NCBI GenBank assembly: GCA_964035545.1
Contig: OZ037769.1
Location: forward strand, 5,437,929-5,501,928
Direction of reading: 5' to 3'
DNA: 64,000 bases
Origin: Bugula neritina
Taxonomy: Eukaryota; Animalia; Bryozoa
Shown here: positions 25,401 to 37,608 of the stretch, piece after piece
Layout of the letters: every line of letters starts with the position of its first letter
How positions within the stretch are numbered: position 1 is the stretch's first letter
Notes under the pieces: generated by a model
The model's database searches: none
What the model was told of the DNA's origin: nothing
Seen by the model: only the letters and a program-made list of their open reading frames with translations
Made by a program: the position numbers and the translations under genes

Positions 25401-25754
25401 TTTTTCCATTCATTGTCAAAAGTTAATAAGGAGAATGAGTATTAATATGTTTTGTCGGGTATTGCTACATTAATGTATATAATTGAATAAAACTAATAAA
25501 AATATGAGCAACTATGGCATCGGCAACAAAACAGACTCAAGAATGTTATACCCGTCTGTTGAGATTTTCATAGTCTACATAATTACTGCACACTGATTTA
25601 GAAGTTGTTAGGTTGAGTCTCTATAGCCTCTTGTCACGTAATTTTGCAGACAAAGTCTTCAAAGACTGGTGAGAGGGAGCCTTTGTTGGGCAGCCAAAAG
25701 TCGGGAGGCAGTTTGTCCGTACCGGTAAAAGAGCAAAGTGAAGAGGAGACATAG
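16430..25754 (+). CDS. SCARB2: CD36-family class B scavenger receptor, LIMP-2/SCARB2-like (~508 aa)
   Basis: Exons 16430-16540, 16913-17073, 17565-17709, 18784-18984, 19198-19339, 20710-20779, 21324-21508, 22356-22486, 23643-23768, 24313-24462, 25650-25754 join in frame. Family motifs: FNLTN, QLGPYTYRE, ELIWGYHDP, NGTDGT, DLCRSL, SLPHFLYAD, KRLQIN, FPVAWLNE. There are N- and C-terminal TM segments. The tail has EREPLL, a [DE]xxxL[LI] lysosomal motif like LIMP-2 ERAPLI. Confidence 0.9.
17288..17495 (+). mobile_element. tRNA-derived SINE, near full length
   Basis: Pol III A-box TGGTCTAGGGG and B-box GGTTCGAACTC, followed by a ~130-nt non-tRNA body shared with five other copies. Confidence 0.85.
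18478..18624. mobile_element. Short MITE-like element
   Basis: Inverted termini ttcccattgcttc ... gaagcaatgggaa. Related degenerate sequence occurs near 17110-17215 and 11180-11320. Confidence 0.45.
19360..19540 (+). mobile_element. tRNA-derived SINE copy
   Basis: Colinear with the 17288 copy, with a deletion over the B-box. Confidence 0.8.
19623..19830 (-). mobile_element. tRNA-derived SINE copy, inverted relative to its neighbour
   Basis: Reverse complement begins gcagccgtggtctagggtttagagtgtttgcctagt...gaagtcatgggttcgagc. Confidence 0.85.
21540..22100. repeat. GT-rich 15-bp minisatellite (ggttatagtgggtgt)n in a SCARB2-like intron
   Basis: Dozens of units starting just after the T|gtgagt donor at 21508/21509. 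Confidence 0.92.
22497..22592. repeat. 20-bp minisatellite (tgtctatctgcatgtatctg)n
   Basis: Directly visible; explains ORF 22500..22706. Confidence 0.9.
22720..22878. repeat. 23-bp minisatellite (gtgacctttcaccwttatatgtc)n, interrupted by a MITE and resuming at 23610
   Basis: About 7 units; one more unit (tatatgtagtgaccccttaccattatt) follows the element. Confidence 0.85.
22879..23609. mobile_element. Non-autonomous DNA transposon (MITE), ~730 bp
   Basis: TIRs cacgggctttccatgtaccgatctc / gagatcggtccatggaaagccggtg, with subterminal GATCGATC motifs at both ends and no coding capacity. TSD unclear. Confidence 0.75.
24195..24310. repeat. Degenerate 20-bp minisatellite (ctcttactgttagtaa-like) forming the acceptor region of SCARB2-like exon 10
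   Basis: About 6 visible units ending at the tgtag| acceptor at 24312. Confidence 0.7.
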
Positions 25755-26544
25755 CTATAGCTCATGTCTTGTGAGACGCAAAAGCATAATGCTAACCTTT
25801 ATATAACTACTTCTGTATTTTATAATGTTTGCTTATTCTGTTAAAAGCATTATTAATGGCTTATAGTGCACTTTTATAAACCATTTTATATATAGTCTTG
25901 TATATGTATCTTTCCCAGCTACTTTGTATAAGTGCTTATACTCTTCATATTCCGATATGTGACCCGCAGTTATAACTGTTGGGATGTCATGAAATTATAT
26001 GATGATTTGAAAGCTAAAGTTATCTTCTCTTGGTTTACATTTACACCGAGATTTTGAATGACCAGCAATTATAGTTACATATTGTTTCAAGGTGCTTTTT
26101 TAAATTTTTAGTCATTATACAATCAAACTCTGAATATATTTTCTAAAATATCCTCCAACTTTGTTTTTTCTATCAATAGGGCATTCTTGTTACTATGATA
26201 AGCAATACTGTTTCTATATTCTTGGGCATCCTGCACTGCGATATTAAATTCTTCCTCAAGTCAAGTGAAAGTATTTCTAAGTTGCTGAATAAGAATAGAA
26301 ATGGATCTCTGATATATAATTTATTATAGGGGTTGTTGAGCGTGTATAATATAAACGTAAACCAGTGTTCGGGTTCTCAAAGCTATTGCACATTCTTGAA
26401 AACAGAGTTAAAAATGAACTTGCTTTAGTGTAAAATCATTAAACAGATTCATATTGCGCTTGAAATAATAAAACCTAAATAATTGCATTCTGTACAGAAA
26501 TGATTCCAGAAATTTCATGAAACTCAAAATACTAATGCTGGATA

Positions 26545-26883
26545 TTAGGCAGCATTTTGGGTTACTTTGATTTGACTGAAGAAGCTTCCTAGGGCAGTGC
26601 AACATGGCGTACAGTAGCAATCAAAGTAGAGGGTGAGGCATCTCTTGGCGTGTCCAATGCAGATATCACAGAGCTTGAAACACGGTAATATTGCCCAGAT
26701 GTGGCAGAATGTAGTGTAGGCGTATGCGCAGCCAAAGCACATTCCAAGGCACCAGGTGCATAGTACAGCTACGATTTTGTAGCATAGACCGAGACACAAG
26801 TTGTAACAGTTGAATCCACATTTGTAGGCGCAGTCTGGGGTATGGTTCTGATCGGGTTCACCCACCAAGTCTTCAAACATCAC
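26545..26883 (-). CDS. Caveolin exon 2, copy A (no adjacent exon 1)
   Basis: Acceptor gtttcaag|. Encodes VMFEDLVGEPDQNHTPD... (caveolin signature, cf. FEDVIAEP), a hydrophobic middle and FFSQIKV, with 18 Cys. No NRDP exon was found in 26884-27984. Confidence 0.85.
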   Translation of the reverse strand: MMFEDLVGEPDQNHTPDCAYKCGFNCYNLCLGLCYKIVAVLCTWCLGMCFGCAYAYTTFCHIWAILPCFKLCDICIGHAKRCLTLYFDCYCTPCCTALGSFFSQIKVTQNAA

Positions 26884-27984
26884 CTTGAAACATGAATATG
26901 TTTGTATATATTACTACACATCAGAAATTTGCGTAAACACTGCATGCTTTAGCATACTTTACAATCAATTTTTTTCATATATTATTTTACTACTACTAAA
27001 AGTATTATATAAATTAAAATTACCACAGAAAATATTTTATGAACAGTGGTATATGAGATTTTACCTAGACAATGACTTTCTTTTAATAAATATTTTTATA
27101 TACACATTGTGGTAAACGCTGGCATTAGTTGCTTCATAGTATTTCTGTTTACGAAAAATTGTTTACTTTTTAAAATCTAGTAAGGTTTATAATAATAATT
27201 TTTGTCAGCATGCCAAATATTGTAAACAAATAGATATATGAAGCAACACAAATGTTCATAACAATCAGGTTTTACGGTTGAACTGAAAAGACTAAATAAC
27301 TAAAAATGTTTCAATACCTAAATTAGATAATTTCTTGTGCATGTCAAATTAACCTATAATATCTTAGCATAGTCGAATTTGGACAATGAAGTTTCTGCAT
27401 AAATTTTAGATTATATATTAGAAATGTATTTTGTTTTGGAATTATCCTTACTTTTAAATTTCTCTAATCATAAGAGTTGTCTTCTTAATCTTTAAAACGA
27501 TTTAGGGTAAAAATATGTAGGCCATTTCATTGTCTAGCTTTTTTACTTGCATCTCTACCCCCCCCCCCCTTTGAAATTCATTTGATAAACTAAGAAGATA
27601 TACCATTTATATAATCAGCAAAATTTATACGAGTAGGTATAAAATAAAAATAAAGCTGATAAGTTAAAATTCATGCATAATTCATGAATTGCCCGTACAT
27701 TTTTTAAAAAAGAATCAATTGTTGGATAGCTATACATTGGTATATTTTTTAATTTTGGGCAAGGAAAACTATTCTCATGTATGATTCTTACTTTATTTGT
27801 AAGATGTATGAAATAAGAGAAAAGACAAATTTGCAAGGTTGTTGTCAAGAAATATGTTTATTTTATTATTTTAAAATTGCATAAATATCATATAAACAGT
27901 TTCAAATCCATTTCACGAATTTAATTATAGTGTCGCACAAAATTACATTGTAGAGCTGGCATTCAATATCAAGGTTATCTTGAG

Positions 27985-28317
27985 CTACCCTTGAGTGACC
28001 TTTATCCTGCTGAAGCAAGCGCCGCACGCTGACATTACAGGAGCCAGGCAGCACTCATAGTAGGCAGTGTAGTAGGCTGTACAGCAGTCCAAGCAGATCT
28101 TGTATAGTTTCATTGAAGGTGTAGCCCACCATACCATGCAGCAGGACATCATGGCATAGCAGCAACCCCAGGTGAGCCCAGCGCACCAGGTGGAGATGGC
28201 AGTAATGAAAGCGTAGCAACACTTTCTTGAGCCTTCATAGCATTGGAAGCCACATTTCCATGCACATTCTGGCGAGTGGAGGTTTTCTGGCTCTCCAAAC
28301 ACTTCCTCAAAAGCAGC
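27985..28317 (-). CDS. Caveolin exon 2, copy B
   Basis: Acceptor ctttttag|; AAFEEVFGEPENLHSPEC...CFSRIKVTQG*; 333 nt; 17 Cys. Confidence 0.88.
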   Translation of the reverse strand, partial: AAFEEVFGEPENLHSPECAWKCGFQCYEGSRKCCYAFITAISTWCAGLTWGCCYAMMSCCMVWWATPSMKLYKICLDCCTAYYTAYYECCLAPVMSACGACFSRIKVTQG

Positions 28318-29567
28318 CTAAAAAGTTCCAGTAACGAAGTTAGACTCTAGCAAGTAAATCATGCATCAATAAGTTATAATCTATAATACTCATCCAAATA
28401 AATCAAGATATCCAAAGCATAGTAGTTGTATAAAATATACAAAGGTTAAGAATATTTTAAAAAGTGCAAATGCGGTTAGTAACATTTCAAAATTTTTGAG
28501 CAAAGATGTCAGAAGATGAACTAAACACTTACCAAGTTGTGTCAACTGACAGCGGCAGCGCTGAATGTTAGTAGAGGCAGCAGGTGAGTTGGTTAATATG
28601 TTTCTGGTTAGCTCTATCAATCCACTTCTACATGTTAGTGTTTTCATGCGACAACTATTCAATTTGAAGTGTTTTTAAATTCTTTGCAACTGTTTATAGT
28701 TTAAATCTGTTGGATATGTGTTTTTGTTATTTTAGTTGCCTAATTTGTAATTAAGTATTTCATTTATTAATAAAAGTTCTGAATTTTTGCATCTATGTTT
28801 TGTTCCTTTTGCTGTTTTGTAATTTGATTGTATAAGATAATGCCGGAATTTGAACGCTCACTTTTATGATATGGCTGCATTAATTAATACTGAAAAGGAG
28901 AAGAAAGCATTTGCCTGAATGCAGCCTTAGCACGCTAGTCTGTATCTATAACATATAATCGCTCATGTTCGTTGCAAACAAAAAGCTATTGTTTGGCTAT
29001 TAGCAGTGCGCTATGGTTACCGCTGCTTAGCAACAACATTGATTATTTGTTTACACGCCAACACTATATTGCAATGCAAATGATCTAAGCACTCGGGCAC
29101 GTTATTCAACCTAACTTAGTTTCTTAAGCACACAAATTTGCCAATAAAAAACTTCCTGAACTAATTGACACCATTCCCCAACAAATGTCTATTTCTATTT
29201 CATAATATTTCATTACAATAGGAGTATACATCAGCTTTAGCATTTTAGTATCACAAATGGATACTACAGAAGTTAGATTTTATTTTATATATATACTGTG
29301 CATTCTAATTACTAATCATATTATTTGTAGATATTAGTTTTCTATAATACATTCTAGTTTTTTAAAAAGTGAGTTGCGTTGCTAACACTTGAACAATACG
29401 AAACAAAATCTTTTCAAAGTCATGAAATATTGCCCTAGAATAATAGTAAGCACCTTGACGTTTAGCAGACTATTACTTATTGGAAAGTTTATCAATGTTT
29501 GCAAGGTTTTTAACTAGAGTGTTTTCAGCCTTAACCTATTACATAACTCGCTAGAAGGTGCACTCAC

Positions 29568-29636
29568 CATTAAACCATTATTGATTCCATTAGGATCTCT
29601 GTTAACCATATCAGGTCTGCCGTCTTCTTCACCCAT
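29568..29636 (-). CDS. Caveolin exon 1 (proximal of two consecutive first exons)
   Basis: MGEEDGRPDMVNRDPNGINNGLM|gtgagt, phase 0, matching the caveolin DLVNRDP motif. Confidence 0.85.
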
Positions 29637-30233
29637 TTTACGAATTAAGTTTGTATCTAGTTTAGTTGGTGATTAAAAAGTTAAACAGAGACAAGCTGCA
29701 CTGTCTAATGAGAATCAGAATGTGTGTTGGTGCATCTATCGTTTCAGCTAATATAGACAAGATTGTCGAGATGTTTTTGGCTGTTGCTAGTGACCAAAAT
29801 TTCTATTCTTTGTTTTAACAAATTCTATTGGCACTCATCTGTGTGTATATTGATCAGAATTTTGGCAATGTATACTTGATTACCCAAAAATTGTCTTTCC
29901 TCTTTATCATGCTGCTCTGTGTTGTATTTGTATTTGTATTTGTTGATGCATTTTACTATACAGAGTGATGCAACTACCAATGCGTAGTATTGATTTCCTG
30001 TGCAATACGTTATTGTAATGTAATGTGTATTTAAATGCATCTAACTTTGATACCAGTGTGGAAAGATTTAATAAAAATTATCTCAAATTTTACAAATTAT
30101 TTTTCAATTTCCAGCTAGCCACTAAACACACTTGTAGTTATTGTAGCTGTTAGATGAAGGATTTGTTAGTAGAGTTAATGAGAACATGATTCTATACTAG
30201 TCAGTGCGTTAACACAAGAGACGATAATCTTAC

Positions 30234-30302
30234 CATGAGGTTGCTGTTGAGATTGTTTGGGTCTCTGTTAGTCATGTCGGGTCTTCCATCATCTTCACCC
30301 AT
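30234..30302 (-). CDS. Caveolin exon 1 (distal of two consecutive first exons)
   Basis: MGEDDGRPDMTNRDPNNLNSNLM|gtaaga, phase 0; TATA-like TATAATAAA ~100 nt upstream. Confidence 0.85.
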
Positions 30303-30974
30303 TTTTAATTTTAATTATTTTGTCTTGGAGAGTTCTGAAATACCTAGTTGCTGCCGCTGCCGCTGAAACCTGTCTACTGAGCCGGTTTTGGTTGAATCTT
30401 GTTTATTATACCAGCGGTTGTGCGTTGCTAACCACACCAACTTTCTTTAGAAAACTCTTCTTCTTTCACACAATTACAATGACCATTTTCACCTATTTCA
30501 ATTCACCCTTTATTCCTTAAATCTTTTGAACTGCACTAAGAATAACAAGAGGGTCAGCATGCAAAGGTAGGCGACTGCCTTGAATAAATAGGGTGACTAA
30601 ATTATATACATATTGTCAAAACTTAGTTAAAAGGTTTAAATAGAGAAACATAAACACCATGTTTATGCTTTATTTGTCAGCCATGCATAAAAACTTAGCT
30701 GTTAAAAATAGTAATGTGTGAGTTTAATTTACGTTCATAATGTATTTCTTTTCAATCCTTTTACTTTTCCAAGTTTTTATAGCTTGTACAAGTTAAGCAC
30801 CTTGAAAGTGATCACATAGGCAACAAAACATTTATACTAATGAAGCTGTTAAGCAGCTGCCTAATATATTTATATTGAGTAGAAAATTCTCCGGTTGCTT
30901 CAGGTTTGAAGATATGTATATTTATGGCATGCATATTCTGGTCAGTAGTCTTTGCATATGCATGGATGATGCAA

Positions 30975-31050
30975 TTATTATATTATATTATATTACATTA
31001 TATTATATCATATTATATTTTATTATATTATATTATATTATATTATATTA
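30975..31050. repeat. (ATATT)n microsatellite
   Basis: Directly visible; explains ORF 30906..31157. Confidence 0.9.
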
Positions 31051-31628
31051 AAGCAATAGAAGCAATAAAGACTTGTTCTCTTATAGCCCAATTATATTTT
31101 AAATATAATCATAGTATAGTAATTAAATTATTTCAATTACTGGGTTCAATTACTTGAAACTCTACAGTGATATAATGTTCTGTGATACGATAAACACCAA
31201 TGTATGTTTTCTAGTTAAATTTATTCAACGTAAAAATAAATCTCTGGCTAGTTAACCGCTCCACTAATACATATAAGCATTATAATATTAATATCTTCAT
31301 AGTTGCTTCTGTAAAACTTTTCTTTGTGTATTAAAGTTAAATAACACATTGCAAACTTATTATATAACCGAGCTTTGAAAAGGCAAAAATTGAAAATTTC
31401 TATATATTTTATTTTATAATTATACTTTATAGCTGCTATAAGTTATAAACCCAAGAAATAATATGTTGAGGTGGGACTTTGCATAAAATGAGTTTCAACT
31501 CTTTTTATACAAGTTTCGTACTCTTTTTTAAAGCAATTTTTGTAGTTGTATGCTAATAAGCAAATTCTAATCAACCGAAGAAATTTAGTAACTGAGTCTA
31601 CAGCTTATATAAGTCATTCGATTAGTAG

Positions 31629-32455
31629 TTAACCCTGGGTGACCTTGATTCTGCTGAAGAAAGAGCCATAAGCAGAACAGGCAGGGGTGAGAGTACACTC
31701 ACAGCACGCAGTTATGTAACCAGCACAGCACTTGAGACAGATGTTGTATACTTTAAGAGATGGTGTCACCCACCAAATCATACAGCAGGATACTAAGGCA
31801 TAGAAACAGCCCCAAAACAGTCCGGCACACCAGGTAGAAATTACTGTAGAGAAGGCATAGCAACATTTCCTGGCTCCCTGGTAACACATGAAACCACATT
31901 TCCAGGCACAATCTGGAGAGAATGTTCCCTCTGGCTCCCCGAATACTTCTTCAAACTCTGCCTGCAAAGTTTTACTAAAAATATCATATATAAATTATTT
32001 TAGAGCATTAATTAGCTGTTAATTATTTAAATGCATTGTGGGTTTATTTTACAATGACATTTATTTAATTAGTACTCAAAAAGTACAATACATTATATGT
32101 AATTTAGTAGATAATGCAATATCTTATGGAGTCATGTATAATATAACACAAAAGCACGCATGAATAGAGATATATTATTATAAAGTGCAAAATACATAAG
32201 CTATTATAATTAGTTGTGGTTTGAAATTGGCTCTGTTAATTTAGCAATATATTATTGTATAACCAACTCTAATGATGTCAACTAGTTGTTAAAGGTGTTT
32301 CTAGTCAGTTAGACTGCTACTACTATAATATATTATTATTTGTTACTATAATTAGCTTTCCTCATTACTCTTACCATAAGATTGTCATTTAGTTTGTTTG
32401 GATCTCTGTTGACCATATCAGGTCTGCCATCGTCTGAACCTTTACTATCTGCCAT
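31629..32455 (-). CDS. Cys-rich caveolin, copy C (137 aa)
   Basis: Exon 1 32455-32375 MADSKGSDDGRPDMVNRDPNKLNDNLM; exon 2 31961-31629 AEFEEVFGEPEGTFSPDC... Confidence 0.9.
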
Positions 32456-32985
32456 TTTATTTTCTTGAAATCCTGATATTCAAATTTCCTTCTACAACTG
32501 CTGGATTCAAATGGCCTTCTACTACTTGTTAAAGCTTCCAATTCTTTTTCTCTTAAGTCTAAACTTGAAAGGCTATTCCATGAAATCTCATTTTTACTCT
32601 TTTCGTAGGGTCCGGTTGATCCCCCACCTTTGTAGTAATATATCTTTTTCTTAGGCTAAAGTTTCTTATCACAGTAACCAAGACACTGTTGGCAGCAAAA
32701 ATTTGGTTGGCAGCAAAGGCTGATATAAAAATAACACTCTTATCATAATTTGTTTACACTGTATTTACACGATATTTACACTGTACCGTAATGATATGAA
32801 ATCCCCTTTTAACTTACAAGTGAGTTATGCTGTTGTTTGTAATATTATGCAAATTTCTACCCACATAAAACAATAAAATCTTATCTCATAAACTAATATA
32901 CAATCTGATAAAAGTAATAAAATCGTATTGAAATAGAAAGAAGTTGAGAGACTTTTTGTGTTTTAACTTTAATCGTTAGCTATAT

Positions 32986-33207
32986 CAGCCATGGTCTAGG
33001 GGTTAGAGCGTTTGCCTAGTAGACACGAAGTCATGGGTTCGAGCCCAGACAAAGGCCATTGGTGATGTCAGCAAGAGCATCTAGTCATAATTGCTCCTGT
33101 GTCTCATTTAAATAAGTCCTTAGCCCGATTTAACAAAAGATTCCTTTTTATTAGGGGTTTCTCACAGAGATAGTGACTATAAACTTGACTATAAACTTGC
33201 GTGAGTT
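32986..33207 (+). mobile_element. tRNA-derived SINE with 13-bp target-site duplication
   Basis: A and B boxes present; gttagctatatca at 32975-32987 and 33205-33217. Confidence 0.88.
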
Positions 33208-34040
33208 AGCTATATCAAATTGGTTAACACATCTTACAATCATAAAAAAGGCTCTCAATTTTAACTTAGATATTTTGTGCTCTAGTATATAGTATTGCTA
33301 TATAGCATTTCAGAAAATTGCCACTAAGTGCACAGTATACCCATTTTACAAACTGATTGAACATTTCATTAGCTGAGTAGCACTTATAGGCTTATATTGT
33401 TATATAATTGAAGCATTTTGCTTAGCTCAAGACTATCTTTGATCTGGCTGTTTATTCAATTGAGATGTCTGGTGTGACATAAGGTTTTTTCATTAAACAA
33501 ATAAACTAATAATACTAATTACTTTTAATTTAGCTTATTTTTTATTTTTAAATGCTTCGATTGTTATTCAACCAAAGTTAGGAGTTTTCATAAATTTTGT
33601 AAAAAAAAAGGTACTTGAAAATGTGCATAAAATGTCACAAGCTTTATATAGCAGCTAGTATAAATATAATATATCTCCTAGCTGAGTATAAAATTTGTGC
33701 CAAAGCAATTGTTAATTTCAATTATTTCAAAAGCTGGTACTTGATCTACAAGACTTTATTGTGTTCATCTCATTGGAGCAAAAATAATAAATATTGCAAT
33801 GATTATAAAATTAGTAATTAACCAATATATAGATAGATACACTGACTAACAGCATTTTAAAAAGTACCCAGAAATTATAATAACCAAGTTGTACAGTACA
33901 GCATGGGCTAACCATCACACTGCAATAGTATCTTATATGCAAACATATAAGATTATCTCCTTAAGTGCATCACAAGAGAAATGTAGCTATACTAAGTGTT
34001 CAATTACAGTCTATCAAACCAATTCATTCCACTGCCTTAA

Positions 34041-34709
34041 TCACCCCTGGGTGACCTTGATTCTGCTGAAGAAAGAGCCATAAGCAGAACAGGCAGGGGT
34101 GAGAGTACACTCACAGCACGCAGTTATGTAACCAGCACAGCACTTGAGACAGATGTTGTATACTTTAAGAGATGGTGTCACCCACCAAATCATACAACAG
34201 GATACTAAGGCATAGAAACAGCCCCAAAACAGTCCGGCACACCAGGTAGAAATTACTGTAGAGAAAGCATAGCAACATTTCCTGGCTCCCTGGTAACACA
34301 TGAAACCACATTTCCAGGCACAATCTGGAGAAAATGTTCCCTCTGGCTCCCCGAATACTTCTTCAAACTCTGCCTGCAAACATCCCATTCACTAAATTAC
34401 AAACACAATTAGTGTATACTTTTACTTTTATTACTGACTTAAACAGAAATAACTTTAAGAATTAAATGATTAAGAATTAAAAATGTAATAATTTATTTTA
34501 AAGCCACCATTGTAATACAGTAAAAAAGTTTCACTTAAAATGTGTTTAAATAAACAGTAAGGATGTTTGTGTGAGATTATTTTGTGTTCACCAATTACTA
34601 ACTTTATACACAAAGTTACTCTGCTTACCATGAGGTTGTCATTCAGGTTATTTGGATCTCTGTTGACCATATCTGGTCTCCCATCACCTGCTTTCCCATC
34701 TTCTCCCAT
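34041..34709 (-). CDS. Cys-rich caveolin, copy D (137 aa)
   Basis: Exon 1 34709-34629 MGEDGKAGDGRPDMVNRDPNNLNDNLM; exon 2 34373-34041 encodes the same protein sequence as copy C exon 2. Confidence 0.9.
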
Positions 34710-34919
34710 TTTCTCTGTAATTAGCTGCTACAGACTTTGATACTTTATGGTCTGGTGCCGATACAACATGTGACGGTCAAATAACTAGCTCACCAAATAT
34801 TTAAAGTCTTCCTTTACGATGCTGCTTTTAGCAGGTAAACTTATTAACAAGGGCGCTTTCACTTTCCTCTCGATAGTGGCTTCCAGTGGAGAGCAAATCT
34901 CAGTCTATCGTGTTATCTA

Positions 34920-34933
34920 GTTGTCATAGAGAC
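34920..34933 (-). promoter_or_regulatory. RFX X-box motif upstream of caveolin D
   Basis: Minus strand GTCTCTATGACAAC fits GTHNYYATRRNAAC at all positions, ~210 nt upstream of the ATG. Confidence 0.5.
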
Positions 34934-36492
34934 AGCTGACTTCATATTAACAGCATATAGCATATATTAGATAGTCAGCATAACAACTGTTTCACCTTAT
35001 CTAAATAAGTATAATATAATACTGCAGCTTTAACTGCACTATGTACAGTAACTCATTGCTTAAATCTGGGAAATTTATTTGAACTTTTAAGTTTAATATT
35101 TATTCAGTTGAACCATAAAATAATTACTTTGCATGGTTCAATTGTCTATATTATATGAGAAAAAAGCATGCTCCAAAACAATATTTATAAATGATGAGCA
35201 CTTATAAAAGAAGGAATTTTTCCCAGTACATTGCTAACAATTCTACATCATTGGATATTTATTATATTCCAAATCATCACATTCTTATATAATATTATAT
35301 ATTAATATTATATATTATAATATTATATGTCCTGCAACAACTCAGCTCCATTGATAGGTATTATTTTCTCAACAATGCTCATAAGCTGTGTGACAATATA
35401 ATGTAACAGATAATCAAAGATTACGAATACTTTGTAATTATAAATAAAGCTGTTACCAGTTTAGTAATAGTACTGTAAAGCCTGTATATTATGCTTTAGG
35501 CTCATGGCTTTCGGGTAATTAAAAAAGATTTTAGTGAGGCACCTCAGTTGGTATAAATAATCTAAAGCATCTGCAATACATTAGAATATTATTCAATTTA
35601 ATTTTGTAATAATGTTGTGCTAATAATTTGTATAGTGCTAATATTTCAACTTAAAAAAATTTAAAAAGTTGCTGCTAAGTAACTAATAATTTGTATATTA
35701 TTAGGAATAGTAATATCATATGGAGTGCCAAATGGTCAAAAATTTGCTTATTATTACATCTCATATGCTTATAACAAAATATCTAGCCATTATTCTCTCA
35801 TATGCCATCTTAACCACACTCGGCACATTAAGGTACTTAGCTGAACCAATGTGGTTAGTTAAACCTGTGATGGTGTATGTTACTGGTACTAAGAGTTTAA
35901 TTCACAATGCTATTATATTTCATTGTGAAAATTCATCACAATCTTTTGCTGATGTAAACTTCTACCATCGACCTAGTTTCACTGGATAAGACTTTCCTCA
36001 AGAGTTTATATTGAAAACCATAATACTGTTATTACCAAAGCTATTACTGTTGTTGAATTGTTGTTATTGTTGTTGTTTTATAATTTTTTTGGACTTATAT
36101 GATTTTACGATTTAAAAAGTTATTTTAAAGCTTGTTCTTAATGACAGGCCAAAATCAGCTACTGGACATAAATTTTTTTAATCATTTTTTAGGGTTTGTA
36201 AAAATCACACATGGATTGAAGTGTAGCCTAACATATTTTATTCATTTTATTAAAATATTAAATTTTATTGAACTGCTTAAAAAAAATTATAATAAAAGGT
36301 AACATCAATAAAATTAATAATTTATTCAATTTCATCTTCTGCCATTTCTTCTTTAACAGGATATAAGTTGTAGCTTTTTAAAACATAAGCAATGGTTTTA
36401 AGTTTATGCATAGTACAAGCATGTCAATGCTGATTTTAGTTCAACAAGCATATCCCGCTACGCTACCAGGTGGGTTGCTATGGTATCATAAG

Positions 36493-37608
36493 CTAACCCT
36501 GGGTCACTTTAATATTGCTAAAGAGCAATCCGAGAGTGGAACAGCAAGGTGCGAGGCAGCATGATAGCATATACTCAAAGAACTTCTGTTGTACTCCACA
36601 AACCAGACTCATCATTTTAATCTGCGGTGTCCAGCTGTATATGAAGGAGAAAGTTGTGCAGGCAAATTCACAACCCCAGCATAAACCGTAGAGCCAGGAG
36701 CAAAGAACCGTGAGACAGGAGTAACAGCACATTCTACCTCCTTCATAGCACTTGTAGGCACATTTCCAAGCACATTCTGGAGAATGGGCACTTTCTGGTT
36801 CACCAAACACATCCTCAAATGCTACCTAAAATTTCACTGACATTTAAATTTGCAATTAGAACTTCAATTTATTACTAAATTGCTTCTTTTAAGTTATACT
36901 TATAAAAAATCTTTAGCAACACAAAACCATAATCGAACTTTAATAAATGCATAGTTGAATTGTTTTATTCTAATAAATACATTAAATTTGTCTAAAAATT
37001 TCTTCTTGCATTAAATCTTGCTAGAAGCTGGTGTGCAACACGGTATAGATGAGAATAATTACACACCATTCAATATATGATAAAACATATCAACACAATT
37101 TTTGGATAAAATAATGACACATCAACATGTTTATATTTAGTAGCTCATTACAAAAAAGTGAAATTTTCTGTTGAATGTTTGTCGGTTTTTCTAAATGGTT
37201 TCACCCATTTGCTTATGATAAAATTTATGCATTTTTATGTAAAAATTTGCTGCAAAAACTTAAACAACTAATTTCTATAAAACACTCAAAATATTATATT
37301 TGCTAAAACTTTATTCAAAAAAATTTTTTTGGTTAAATAAAAAGCATGTAATAACGATGTATATTCAATTTTTTAAAATTTACTGTATAATTTTAAAACT
37401 TTTCTAACATGTAATTATAACAAATAGCATGCTTTGTTACTGAACTACAAGCCCTTATCAATTTTTGCACGTAAAATATGAATTTTTATGTACCTATTTA
37501 TTTCTGTTTTATTAAAAGTTCCTGTGGTACACTTACTGTTAGGTTGTCGTTCAAACCATTTGGATCTCTGTTGACCATATCAAGTTTGCTATCATCACCT
37601 TCGCCCAT
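36493..37608 (-). CDS. Cys-rich caveolin, copy E (134 aa)
   Basis: Exon 1 37608-37537 MGEGDDSKLDMVNRDPNGLNDNLT; exon 2 36825-36493 VAFEDVFGEPESAHSPEC... Confidence 0.9.

Noticed and set aside
28390-28662. Minus-strand ORF with a gtaagt donor near 28532 as the missing caveolin first exon
   Set aside because: No NRDP motif, and the phase-0 frame contains a stop just before the donor. It could at most be non-coding.
36612-36818. Overlapping alternative-frame ORFs (MRMCLV...) in caveolins E, F and G, and plus-strand ORFs 37478, 40065, 42122
   Set aside because: They recur only because the underlying DNA is duplicated; they have no independent coding signal.
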